Part shown: positions 10,972 to 19,884 of the stretch, piece after piece
How the letters are laid out: every line of letters begins with the position of its first letter
Numbering within the stretch: the stretch's first letter is position 1
Assembly: GCA_963675665.1 (NCBI GenBank)
Contig: OY776510.1
Span: 4,160,001-4,224,000 of the forward strand
Reading direction: 5' to 3'
DNA from: Spirochaetia bacterium
GTDB lineage: Bacteria > Spirochaetota > Spirochaetia > UBA9216
Length of the DNA stretch: 64,000 nt
Translations under genes and position numbers: made by a program
Notes under the pieces: generated by a model
The model's database searches: none
The model's input: only the letters and a program-made list of their open reading frames with translations
Told to the model about the DNA's origin: nothing

Positions 10972-11033
10972 CCTTCTCTTCTTCTTTATAATTATCTGCT
11001 TTTAATATACCACATTGAGTTACATAATCCAAT

Positions 11034-11327
11034 TTAATGAGCCGGATTTACAGATATTTTAACTATTGCATTATTTACGGCCTTTTTTACTTCTTCTCCG
11101 TAGTCCGTGTTATTCAGACTTCCGGCATAGACCTTGCCCAGTAATGAAACCCGGTAAAAAGGTTTAACGGTATTGAGTGCAAGAGCAGCCATATCAAGAA
11201 CGCAGTCCTGACATTTACAAACATCGGAAGCCCAGTCTTCATTCAGTTGACTTTCGAGTTCTTCAAAAACAAGACTTTCCGCTTCATTTTCCAGATAATC
11301 CAGTTCATATTCTTCTCTGAAACCCAT
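11034..11327 (-). CDS. ComFB-family protein
   Basis: ATG 11327 with an AGGAG RBS. Motif LENEAE..VF...CKCQDCVLDMAALALN..KPFY...V..NPAH is typical of ComFB. Confidence 0.85.
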   Translation of the reverse strand: MGFREEYELDYLENEAESLVFEELESQLNEDWASDVCKCQDCVLDMAALALNTVKPFYRVSLLGKVYAGSLNNTDYGEEVKKAVNNAIVKISVNPAH

Positions 11328-11367
11328 AAATAACTCCTGTAATACCTTCCATTTCGGATGGCGGAAT

Positions 11368-12708
11368 TCAATTGTATTCTTTCGAATGTGATTCAAATCT
11401 AGTATATTGCGGAACGAAGACCAAATCAACCTTTCCAACCGGACCATTTCTCTGTTTTGCAACAATTAATTCGGTTTTCCGTCCTGCATCTGAACCTTCT
11501 TCTCCCGAACTGATTCTTTCGCGGTGCAGAAACATTACAACATCGGCATCCTGCTCCAGCGAGCCTGATTCTCTAAGGTCAGAGAGCCTGGGAGGTTCTC
11601 CTTCAGCCTGACGTCCGACCTGCGAAAGGCACACGACAGGAATCTCAAGTTCACGGGCCAGAGCTTTAAGCGAACGCGATATTTCACCAATCTGTTCGTG
11701 TCTCGGTGTCTTGCCCTTGTTTTCAGGCTCAATGAGACCTATATAGTCAATAAAAATTATTTTAACATCTTCCTGCGCTTTCATTCGCCTTGCGGTTGAA
11801 CGTATCTGCAGAAGCTTCATGTTAGGCGAGTCATCAATGAATAGCGGCGCTTCATAAATCCTGGAGGCGGCGCCGGTCAGTTTTGCAAAATCGGAATTTT
11901 TCAGCATTCCGGAACGAAGGTGGCTTGAATTAATTTTTGCTTCAGATGAAACAAGACGCTGCATCAGCGCCATATCGGACATTTCAAGAGAAAAGAAGCC
12001 TGCGCTTGTTCCCTGATCGACAGTGATATTTGCAGCCATAGTAAGCGCCAGAGCGGTTTTTCCTATCGACGGACGCGCCCCTATTATAATGAATTCCGAT
12101 TTCTGAAAGCCGCTGGTCATCTGATCAAGATCGGTAAAGCCTGACGGGACGCCCGTATATGCTTCTTTCGTATGATACAGCTTCTCTATGGCGTCGATCG
12201 TTTTGGAAACAACCTCTCCGGCGTTTTTGTACATTGCGTTGCTGTTGGAATCGCTTATGTCAAATATTGCCTTTTCGGAATCTTCAATTATTTCACTGCC
12301 CTCACGAGTTTCATCATGAGCGCTTTTTATCATGTCCTGGGCTGTTATTATCAATCTTCGTCTTACGCTGCAGTCATGAACTATCTTTGCGTAATATTCA
12401 ACATTTGCCGATGTAGGAACAAAATCGGATAATGTTGATATGTAGGCGGCGCCCCCGCATTGTTCCAAATCACCCTTGTCACGCAGTTTCTCAGCAAGTG
12501 TAATCAGATCAATAGGCTCCGACTGGTTCGACAGGTCTATAATTGCCTGAAATATTTTTTTATGTGCAGTTCTATAAAAATCATCAGCCCTCAGAAACCT
12601 GAGGACTGTGTCGATGGCATCCTGATCGAGAAGTACCGCACCAAGCGAAGCTTTTTCAGCATCGTCATTATGGGGCGGTACTTTATCCTTCAGGATTTCC
12701 GGTGTCAT
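11368..12708 (-). CDS. dnaB: Replicative DNA helicase
   Basis: PPHNDDAEKASLG, Walker A GARPSIGKT, IDYIGL, LSDLRESGSLEQDAD, KQRNGP. Confidence 0.98.
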   Translation of the reverse strand: MTPEILKDKVPPHNDDAEKASLGAVLLDQDAIDTVLRFLRADDFYRTAHKKIFQAIIDLSNQSEPIDLITLAEKLRDKGDLEQCGGAAYISTLSDFVPTSANVEYYAKIVHDCSVRRRLIITAQDMIKSAHDETREGSEIIEDSEKAIFDISDSNSNAMYKNAGEVVSKTIDAIEKLYHTKEAYTGVPSGFTDLDQMTSGFQKSEFIIIGARPSIGKTALALTMAANITVDQGTSAGFFSLEMSDMALMQRLVSSEAKINSSHLRSGMLKNSDFAKLTGAASRIYEAPLFIDDSPNMKLLQIRSTARRMKAQEDVKIIFIDYIGLIEPENKGKTPRHEQIGEISRSLKALARELEIPVVCLSQVGRQAEGEPPRLSDLRESGSLEQDADVVMFLHRERISSGEEGSDAGRKTELIVAKQRNGPVGKVDLVFVPQYTRFESHSKEYN

Positions 12709-12721
12709 GTCTCCTCAGACT

Positions 12722-13399
12722 CTATTCTTCTTCGGATGAATCTTCGTCTTCTTCCGATTCTTCTTCAGATGCTTCGTCGTCATCAGCCTCAGAAACTTCG
12801 GCATCTTCAGCTTCAACATCGTTGTCATCTTCAGCAACAGCCTCTTCAGCGGCAGCTTCTGATGCCGCTTTCTTCTCGGCAGCCTCTTCAGCTTTCTGTG
12901 CTTTTGATTTGGCAGCTTCAAGTTTTCTGGCCAATGCAGCCTCAGCTTTGCCGTCTGTGCTTGCAACATTAACTTCTATCTTTGCAATTTCACCGCTGTA
13001 GAGTTTAATCAGGACAGTATATTTACCGACCATTTTGATTGAACTTGAAGCAACTTCAATCTTCTTTTTCTCTACATTGATGCCCTCTTTTTCCAGTGCT
13101 GCGGCAATTACAGCATTATTTACCGAACCGAAAAGCTTACCGGTTTCTCCGGCAGGCATTTTTACAGTAAGCGAAATATCTTCAAGCTGCTGTTTAAGAC
13201 TCTGTGCAGTCTTTCTTTTTTCCTCTTTTCTCTTTTCGATCGCTTCTTTTCTGCTTTCGAAAACAGCAAGATTCTGTTTGTTGTAAGCAACTCCCAGACC
13301 CTGAGGTAAAAGGTAATTTCTTGCATAGCCGTTGGCTACTTCGCAGACATCCCCTTCTTCTCCGAGATTATATACATCTTCGTTAAGTATTATCTTCAC
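12722..13399 (-). CDS. rplI: 50S ribosomal protein L9 with a long Ala/Lys-rich then acidic C-terminal tail
   Basis: GTG 13399 behind an AAGGAG RBS. KIILNEDVYNLGEEGDVCEVANGYARNYLLP and GKLFGSV. Lies directly upstream of dnaB. Confidence 0.95.
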   Translation of the reverse strand: MKIILNEDVYNLGEEGDVCEVANGYARNYLLPQGLGVAYNKQNLAVFESRKEAIEKRKEEKRKTAQSLKQQLEDISLTVKMPAGETGKLFGSVNNAVIAAALEKEGINVEKKKIEVASSSIKMVGKYTVLIKLYSGEIAKIEVNVASTDGKAEAALARKLEAAKSKAQKAEEAAEKKAASEAAAEEAVAEDDNDVEAEDAEVSEADDDEASEEESEEDEDSSEEE

Positions 13400-13401
13400 G
13401 A

Positions 13402-14397
13402 TTAAGTACTCCTTATAGAATTTCGTAAATTTATCCAGGTTTCGGAAATTCCGAAAACCGGAAGTCCTATCATCACAACATAATTCACACCCGGCATTGC
13501 AAGCATCAGAAGCAGAATAAATTCTGTCATAAGCCTCAAACCTTGCGGTAATTTGAATTTTATAAACAGACTTCTGAGGATTCCCAATCCCTGCAGACCG
13601 TAAATAAACATCAGTATAATACCCGCATTCCATATTACCGGTGAAGCGTATCCAAGTTCTATAAACTCAAATATCTCTACCAGCATTCCTACCGCCGTCA
13701 GCAGCATCGGCCAAAGAAGTACTTCAGGCACCTTGAACAGGGTCAAAGACAGAATCTCACGTCTTTGAAGTCTGTATAGAACAACTTCCGCTGCTCTCGC
13801 TGAAATCAACAGTATGAAAAAATACATTGCTGCTGCAGATTTCATATAGAAACTCTTCATATATCCCAGCAGACCTTCATCACCTATATAGGTTTTTACG
13901 ATCTCGCCTTCATATGTTTCAGAGCCCGCCCCAAGCATTACTCCGCCTATTGCATTTATCTGGTTTGTTATTGCTTCCATAAACACCTCATTACTTTTAA
14001 GCATTATGAAAACAGGAACACAGATAATAACTGCGGCAAATGTGGCAATAAAAAGTCTGTAAAGCCTTCTTAATCCTGATATGACAGGAATTATGTCTAT
14101 AACAAAGAACATTCCAAGCATTAACAGTATCGGGATAATCATCTCGATAACAGTCAGCGCTCCGCGCATGTCGGCATCGGCTACCGACCGAATCCTCCAG
14201 ACCGCCAGGATAACAAGCAGAAATATTGTAATTCCAGCTCCTATCAGCAGGTCCTCGGCTCCTCTCCTGTAGTACAGGGTATAAAGCGGAACAGTATATA
14301 AAAGAACCAGAAAACCGAACTGACTGAAAACTACAGACAGTATTACGGTTATCAGAATTTCCTTTAACCTTATGTTTCGCCCCTGAGTCAGAAGCAT
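13402..14397 (-). CDS. DUF2232/YybS-like multi-pass membrane protein
   Basis: About 9 hydrophobic segments, a YGLQGLGI motif near the C-terminus, and the usual position between rpsR and rplI. Confidence 0.8.
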   Translation of the reverse strand: MLLTQGRNIRLKEILITVILSVVFSQFGFLVLLYTVPLYTLYYRRGAEDLLIGAGITIFLLVILAVWRIRSVADADMRGALTVIEMIIPILLMLGMFFVIDIIPVISGLRRLYRLFIATFAAVIICVPVFIMLKSNEVFMEAITNQINAIGGVMLGAGSETYEGEIVKTYIGDEGLLGYMKSFYMKSAAAMYFFILLISARAAEVVLYRLQRREILSLTLFKVPEVLLWPMLLTAVGMLVEIFEFIELGYASPVIWNAGIILMFIYGLQGLGILRSLFIKFKLPQGLRLMTEFILLLMLAMPGVNYVVMIGLPVFGISETWINLRNSIRST

Positions 14398-14399
14398 AT

Positions 14400-14696
14400 T
14401 TATCTCTTCATAAACGGCAGAAGAGCTATAACCCTTGCCCGCTTGATTTCCCTGGCAAGCTGCCTCTGGTGTTTTGCACAGGTGCCTGTGATTCTTCTTG
14501 GAAGAATCTTTCCGCTTTCCGTTACGAATCTGCGAAGTACTTCAGGATTTTTATAATCCATAACTACTTTCTGTGTACAGAACCTGCAAACCTTCTTTCT
14601 GAAGAAGGATTTGTTTCTTGGGCCGCCTCTGTAACCGCCCTTGTCATCACTGCCCCGATCCCGATCGTCGGAACCTCTCTTTATGTCATCACTCAT
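14400..14696 (-). CDS. rpsR: 30S ribosomal protein S18
   Basis: KKVCRFC...DYKN...[17 protein letters not shown] (Zn-binding form). Confidence 0.98.
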   Translation of the reverse strand: MSDDIKRGSDDRDRGSDDKGGYRGGPRNKSFFRKKVCRFCTQKVVMDYKNPEVLRRFVTESGKILPRRITGTCAKHQRQLAREIKRARVIALLPFMKR

Positions 14697-14711
14697 GTGT
14701 AACTACTCCTG

Positions 14712-15212
14712 TTAGAATGGTATATCATCCTCAAAATCCGCAGAATAATTATTGTCGGGTTGAAACTTGTCATTTCCACCCTGCTGGAAGTTATTTCCCC
14801 CGCCTTGCGGCCCGTTTCCATATCCTCCATTCATTCCGCCCTGCTGAAAACCTCCGCCCTGTGCAGATCCCTGCATTCCGCCGCCGGCACGACTGCCCAG
14901 CAGCTGAATATTGTTGGCCAGGATTTTCACTTTGCTTCTTTTGTTTCCGTCCTGCTCCCAGCGGTCCTGTGTCAGTGTGCCTTCAACAGCTACCTGCTGA
15001 CCTTTCGTAAGATACTGGTTTAGTCCTTCAGCCCGTTTCCCGAACAGTGCCAAATCAAAAAATGAAACCTCATCTTCCCAGTTATCCCCGGACCTCTTTC
15101 TGCGGTTAACTGCAAGTGAAAAGCTGCTTACGGCAAGACCGGAATTCGTGTATTTCAACTCCGCGTCTCTGGTAAGTCTGCCGATTAAGATTACATAATT
15201 TACATCTTCCAT
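14712..15212 (-). CDS. ssb: Single-stranded DNA-binding protein
   Basis: N.VILIGRLTRDAELKY, Gly/Gln-rich linker, C-terminal DDIPF. Confidence 0.98.
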   Translation of the reverse strand: MEDVNYVILIGRLTRDAELKYTNSGLAVSSFSLAVNRRKRSGDNWEDEVSFFDLALFGKRAEGLNQYLTKGQQVAVEGTLTQDRWEQDGNKRSKVKILANNIQLLGSRAGGGMQGSAQGGGFQQGGMNGGYGNGPQGGGNNFQQGGNDKFQPDNNYSADFEDDIPF

Positions 15213-15235
15213 TTTTGGCTCCTGATTTTTGAGAT

Positions 15236-15517
15236 TTACTTCTCTTTTTTAACGAACATGAATTTCAGAACTTCGTTAAAGAGTTTTATATTCTTTTCAA
15301 TTGTAACGATTGAGTCAGGTTTAAGTTCGAGATCGAAAAAATAATAATGTCCTCTTGATTCTTTCTTGATCTGATAAGCAAGCTCACGGTCGCCCATATC
15401 GTCCTCTTTGACAATATTGGCCCCTGCCTTTTTTAACTCTTCTTTTACCTTCTCAAGCCCGCCGTTATAAGCGTCGGCTTCAGTCCGAAAAATAAAAACT
15501 GCTTCGTAGTTTCTCAT
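15236..15517 (-). CDS. rpsF: 30S ribosomal protein S6
   Basis: MRNYEAVFI...G.RELAYQIKK...GHY; first gene of the operon. Confidence 0.97.
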   Translation of the reverse strand: MRNYEAVFIFRTEADAYNGGLEKVKEELKKAGANIVKEDDMGDRELAYQIKKESRGHYYFFDLELKPDSIVTIEKNIKLFNEVLKFMFVKKEK

Positions 15518-15573
15518 TTTTCCTCCCTATGGTCTTAATGATCCGCATTTCATACCGATACGGATAAAGAGGT
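15518..15573 (-). promoter_or_regulatory. Probable S6:S18 autoregulatory leader RNA
   Basis: In mRNA sense, CCUCUUU pairs with the SD region AGGGAGG and encloses the hairpin AUCCGUAU/AUGCGGAU and an unpaired GACC. This matches the architecture of known rpsF leaders. Confidence 0.6.
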
Positions 15574-15579
15574 CACGAT

Positions 15580-15608
15580 AAACTACCACAGGGAAAGAGC
15601 TTAGTCAA
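15580..15608 (-). promoter_or_regulatory. Sigma70 promoter of the rpsF operon
   Basis: TTGACT-N17-TAGTTT with an extended -10 TG. Confidence 0.65.
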
Positions 15609-15710
15609 GGCGGGGGATAATTCCCAAAGTGCATTATTATTATCATTGACGAATCTCCGGTATTGTTAATCCTACAGCCATAGCTTTTTTATTCCGAAAA
15701 TAAAGATATT

Positions 15711-16166
15711 ATGGCAAGTATGATTCATTATGAAGAAGATCTGTTTCTGCTCAAGGAAATGCTCAGGACCCTGCGACGGGGCTGCAGTATCAGTATTGAT
15801 TCATCGATATTTCTCGAATATACGGTTAACCAGCTGCTTTTCATAAGCAAGGCGCTGAAAGAGCTGTATTCGACCATTTCAGAGGCAAGTCATATAAAAT
15901 CTCCTGAACAAATCAGAAACATACTGAGGGTGTCATCGGGTTACAGGGGACTTCTTGACGATCTTGTCAACGACAGGCTGAAATTCAGCGAATTTACCCG
16001 TAACTACACTGATGACTTCAAATCAATTGAAGAAGAACATAGAAAAGAATCAGCCAGAATAAAAGAACTTCTTCTATCGATTACCGCAGAAGACGAAAGC
16101 GAAGAGCTTGTTTCCGAAGAAGAGTTCATGTTTCTTTTCAGGGAAGATGAAAACGGGGAAGAATAG
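15711..16166 (+). CDS. Hypothetical helical protein
   Basis: 151-aa ORF divergent from rpsF, ending ELVSEEEFMFL; no function recognised. Confidence 0.75.
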   Translation: MASMIHYEEDLFLLKEMLRTLRRGCSISIDSSIFLEYTVNQLLFISKALKELYSTISEASHIKSPEQIRNILRVSSGYRGLLDDLVNDRLKFSEFTRNYTDDFKSIEEEHRKESARIKELLLSITAEDESEELVSEEEFMFLFREDENGEE

Positions 16167-16170
16167 ACTC

Positions 16171-17790
16171 CTAATCGTTGAAACCTACATACACTGCTGC
16201 TGCATATGCTGCCGAGTACGAACCTGTTATCGAAGGAGCAGTTTTGTTCGATACATCAACAACTGCAAATTCGTGATCGGTTGCAACATAGGCGTAATTA
16301 CCGATTACCTGAACCTCAGTCGGCCAGCCTGTCCAGTTGGTTCCGTCAAGATAACCGGTAATTGACGATGAGGACAGATCTATTACCTCAAAACCTGCTG
16401 AAGAGTCAGCCACATATGCATCATAGCCTTCGACATAGACGCCCACGGCGTTGTTATATGTTGGGACATCATCAAAATACAGTAAATTATCCGGAGCCGC
16501 GGCATTGATAACAATAATTCCGCTTGAAGCATCAGCAACAATTGCATAAGTACCGTAAACATAGATATTCTGTGCATGGCCCGGGGTATTATAATCATCC
16601 TCTATCTGCGGAGACGCAGGATTGGATATATTGAATACCCTGAGACCGAGATCACCCCATGCGACGTATGCGTAACTGCCGCTGACATGGACTTTGTTTG
16701 CATAATTTGAACCTGCAACGCTTCCGGCAAATGAAGGATTATAAGGATTTGAAACGTTTATAGTGGCAAGACCGTTGGTAGAGTCGGCAATATAGGCATA
16801 GCCCTCTGCGACATATACCCCAGTTGCGTTTCCGGCGGTATCATACGTCCCGATAATAGACGGTGACTCAACATTTGAGACGTCTATAACCTGAAGTCCG
16901 CTTGTACCGTCGGCAACGTAAGCATAGCTGCCGGCTACATATACATCCGAGGCATTTCCGGGAGTATCGCATTCACCCAACAATACAGGAGCCATATAAT
17001 CATACGCATCAACTATCTTGAGGCCGTAGCTGCCTGAAGCAAGATATGCCAGAGGGCGCTCAACATCAGCAGTAGCGAATGCCTGGGTTGCCGTCGAATA
17101 GTTTCCGGCATCATCGTAGGTAAAACCTGAGTAATAATAAGATGTTAATTCAGACAGACCGGTATGAGAGTATTCTTCAGCCGTTCCGGTATAAATCTGT
17201 GTGCCGTCGGCTATAGTTACAGGCCAGGTCCCGGTACTGTACCGAATCTCCACATGATCGAAATCATCTGCCGGGTTTGTCCAGCTCAAATTTATTCTTG
17301 CATGGCGTTCAATCGTGGCAATAGCTGAAAGTACATCCGGAGGGGTATTATCGAGCAGCGCGGAAGCACTAGCGACAGGCCCCAATTCTTCCTCCGAAGT
17401 TTTTGCCTGCACAAACAGATAATATACGCCGTCACCGTCATTCTGACTTGCCGTTGTACCAGTTGAATACGGCTCGTTGCTGAATGTAAAATCTGCATTC
17501 TGGGTTACTGCGCTTCTGAACACACATCCGGCGGTATCAACAGACCAGCTCCAGCTCTTTGTCTGCCTGGGTGTTGTATCCGTAATAGTACCGTTTATGG
17601 TGACAACAGGGCCGAGTCCTGAATCCGGATCCGGATCCGTGCCTTCTACATAATCAGGATCCGTTTCAGAATCATACAACGGGTCCAGCGGGTTCCAGCG
17701 ACTTGCGGGGTTGGGATTAAGTATTTGGTCGCATGTCGAAAATATAAACACTGAAAAAATCAAAAAACTGATTATAGTTGTTCTTTTCAT
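16171..17790 (-). CDS. Lipoprotein with an FN3-like domain and LVIVD repeats
   Basis: Lipobox IFST-C20 followed by RWNPLDP. LSWTNP...YYYSGFTYDDAGNYS, then about 6 YAYVADG..GL.VIDVSN repeats. Confidence 0.85.
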   Translation of the reverse strand: MKRTTIISFLIFSVFIFSTCDQILNPNPASRWNPLDPLYDSETDPDYVEGTDPDPDSGLGPVVTINGTITDTTPRQTKSWSWSVDTAGCVFRSAVTQNADFTFSNEPYSTGTTASQNDGDGVYYLFVQAKTSEEELGPVASASALLDNTPPDVLSAIATIERHARINLSWTNPADDFDHVEIRYSTGTWPVTIADGTQIYTGTAEEYSHTGLSELTSYYYSGFTYDDAGNYSTATQAFATADVERPLAYLASGSYGLKIVDAYDYMAPVLLGECDTPGNASDVYVAGSYAYVADGTSGLQVIDVSNVESPSIIGTYDTAGNATGVYVAEGYAYIADSTNGLATINVSNPYNPSFAGSVAGSNYANKVHVSGSYAYVAWGDLGLRVFNISNPASPQIEDDYNTPGHAQNIYVYGTYAIVADASSGIIVINAAAPDNLLYFDDVPTYNNAVGVYVEGYDAYVADSSAGFEVIDLSSSSITGYLDGTNWTGWPTEVQVIGNYAYVATDHEFAVVDVSNKTAPSITGSYSAAYAAAVYVGFND

Positions 17791-17800
17791 TTCACCCCTC

Positions 17801-18742
17801 TCAGTATCGCAGATTTATAATGAAACCCAGCGCCTGATAAGACGGGACAATTGCAGCTGTGATTTCGGCTGTTTTATCAGCTTCCGGAAGAAACAGCAGC
17901 GCGGCACCGCCTGCTGCAGCTAAAAGCCCCCCCGCAGTCAGCGATATGCCCAGAATCATTGTTGTGCGTCTTGCTCCGTACAGAGAAGTATAATCGGTAT
18001 ACAAACTGTCAAAGTCGGATGTTGCCGAGTCGTATTCCGTCCAGGCTGCATCCACAGCAACTGTCTGCGGCCCTGCGGCATCATAAATGAAGTACCCCCC
18101 GGCCCCGGCGGCTATCGCCCCAATCGAAACAAGGCCTATGCCCCCAATCTTTTTGATATTTAAAGCCCCGGATTCCTTTTCAGCAGATTCCGGAAACTTA
18201 GCTCCCGCTTTTTCAGTTGGAGAGGTTTCAGAAATTCCAGGGCCGTCAGAAGCTTCTTCATCCGGAAAAATATGCATCGTCAGACGACCGCCAATATTAA
18301 AAAGATCATCAACCATCATATCCAGATCATTATAGATACCATCAGCAGTTCCGAGTGTTTTCCCTGTTTCCGTTTCAAGAAGTTTTGTGGAGATAACATA
18401 GCGCGAACCTATTCTGCTCATTGAGCCGGTGACTATCATTTCAGCCGACAGCAGCATTCCGATTTCCAGCATACACGAATCGTCCGAACAGCCGCTTGCC
18501 GAGAACTGTATTTCGTTTAATATGTTTTCACGCTGACCGACATCTATAACGGTAAACTTTCCCATTTGAAACAGGGAAGAACTGAGGAGGCTGATTACCG
18601 TCTTCATCTCATTTTCTGAAACACCTTCAGTAGTAAAATCAAGAACGGTAATTATAGGTTTGTTTTCGGCGATGATGATCTGTACCGGCAGGATAAAAAG
18701 TAAACAAAAAAGCATCAAAACCGGAATCGAAGATTTTCTCAT
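17801..18742 (-). CDS. Exported CsgG/HfaB-like domain protein with a C-terminal Gly-rich hydrophobic hairpin
   Basis: Signal peptide. ITVLDF...GKFTVID...ILNEIQFSASGC.DDSC..EIG.LL.AE.IVTGS...G..Y.I..KLLETETG, two Gly/Ala-rich helices, ends LGFIINLRY. Confidence 0.7.
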   Translation of the reverse strand: MRKSSIPVLMLFCLLFILPVQIIIAENKPIITVLDFTTEGVSENEMKTVISLLSSSLFQMGKFTVIDVGQRENILNEIQFSASGCSDDSCMLEIGMLLSAEMIVTGSMSRIGSRYVISTKLLETETGKTLGTADGIYNDLDMMVDDLFNIGGRLTMHIFPDEEASDGPGISETSPTEKAGAKFPESAEKESGALNIKKIGGIGLVSIGAIAAGAGGYFIYDAAGPQTVAVDAAWTEYDSATSDFDSLYTDYTSLYGARRTTMILGISLTAGGLLAAAGGAALLFLPEADKTAEITAAIVPSYQALGFIINLRY

Positions 18743-18789
18743 ATAATCCTCTCGTTCGTCTGGATGGTTTACTGATTTCTCTAAATTTA

Positions 18790-18818
18790 ATTATAACCGG
18801 GAGAACCGATAATAGCAA
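18790..18818 (-). promoter_or_regulatory. Sigma70 promoter for the CsgG-like/LVIVD gene pair
   Basis: TTGCTA-N17-TATAAT. Confidence 0.6.
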
Positions 18819-18829
18819 TTTTTTCAGTT

Positions 18830-18855
18830 AAAAAAACCGGCAGAGCCCCTGCCGG
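18830..18855 (-). terminator. Rho-independent terminator of the dehydrogenase-ETF operon
   Basis: CCGGCAG-gggct-CTGCCGG followed by T7 on the minus strand. Confidence 0.85.
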
Positions 18856-18873
18856 GTGTAAAGATAATCGTTC

Positions 18874-19884
18874 TTATTCCTGTGAAAGCCTGGCTTCAAG
18901 CGCGGTCAGGATTTTAACAGCATCGCCTGCAACCTTGATATCCGAAACTTTGAAAATATCGGCATTCTCATCTTTATTGATGCTGATAATCAGTCCGGCG
19001 TCGCTTATTCCGCAGACATGATGCATTGCGCCTGAGATTCCCGCGCCTATATACAGTTTCGGCCGAACGGTCTTGCCGCTTGTTCCGATCATTGAACCGT
19101 CGTCGTCCGCCCAGTTTTCATCGAGGGCGGGCCTTGTACAGCCGACTGCGGAATGCTCAAAATAGCCCGCAACCTTCTCGAGAAGCTCCCAGTTCTCATC
19201 ACAGCCCATCCCGAAACCACCGCAGATAATAACCTCGGCTTTTTCCACGGGAAGGCTGTCATGCTCTTTTATATGCACATCCTTGAGTACAATTCCGTCT
19301 GTCGCAAAATCATTCAGATCCGGAGTAAACTCAATAATTTCGGCATCTTTTGATTCAAAACCGGCGGACTGAAACAGGCCCGGTTTTACCGTAGCTATCT
19401 GGGGAAGTGTATCAGGCGTTAGTATTTCGCCAATCACCTTGCCGCCGAATGCCGGAACATCCTGCACGAACGCGCCGTCGTCGTCGACCCTGAGATCAAC
19501 ACAATGAGCTGAAACTCCGGTATGCAGCTTAACCCCGAGGGTTGGCGCTATCTCGGTTCCCATGGCAGTGGAACCGAATAAAAATATGAACGGTTTCTCT
19601 TTTTTACACAGCTGGGCAACGGCTTCCGAATAGACGGCCGGATTGTATACTCCAAGTTTACTGTGCCTTATGCTGTAGACAGCATCAGCTCCGGAATCCG
19701 CAAGGCTTTTAATTGCGTTTTCATCCGCATTGCCGACGGTTACGGCACATATCCGGGCAGGGGCGCCGTCAAGGCTGGTATAAGCCTTATTAATCTCATA
19801 CGCCTTGGCAAGCAGCTCGAAATAAACGCTGCCTATGCTTCCGCAGTCGTTTTCCGCAAATATAAATATTTCCCTGTCACTCAC
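18874..19884 (-). CDS. etfA: Electron transfer flavoprotein subunit alpha
   Basis: GTG 19884 after GGAGGAGG. FAD-binding motifs IGTSGKTVRPKLYIGAGISGAMHH and INKDENADIF. Confidence 0.93.
   Translation of the reverse strand: MSDREIFIFAENDCGSIGSVYFELLAKAYEINKAYTSLDGAPARICAVTVGNADENAIKSLADSGADAVYSIRHSKLGVYNPAVYSEAVAQLCKKEKPFIFLFGSTAMGTEIAPTLGVKLHTGVSAHCVDLRVDDDGAFVQDVPAFGGKVIGEILTPDTLPQIATVKPGLFQSAGFESKDAEIIEFTPDLNDFATDGIVLKDVHIKEHDSLPVEKAEVIICGGFGMGCDENWELLEKVAGYFEHSAVGCTRPALDENWADDDGSMIGTSGKTVRPKLYIGAGISGAMHHVCGISDAGLIISINKDENADIFKVSDIKVAGDAVKILTALEARLSQE

Noticed and set aside
11328-11465. Upstream extension of the ComFB ORF
   Set aside because: It overlaps dnaB; the RBS supports ATG 11327.
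13400-13633. Long N-terminal extension of L9 in the ORF track (303 aa)
   Set aside because: It overlaps the DUF2232 gene. The L9 motif and a strong RBS place the start at GTG 13399.
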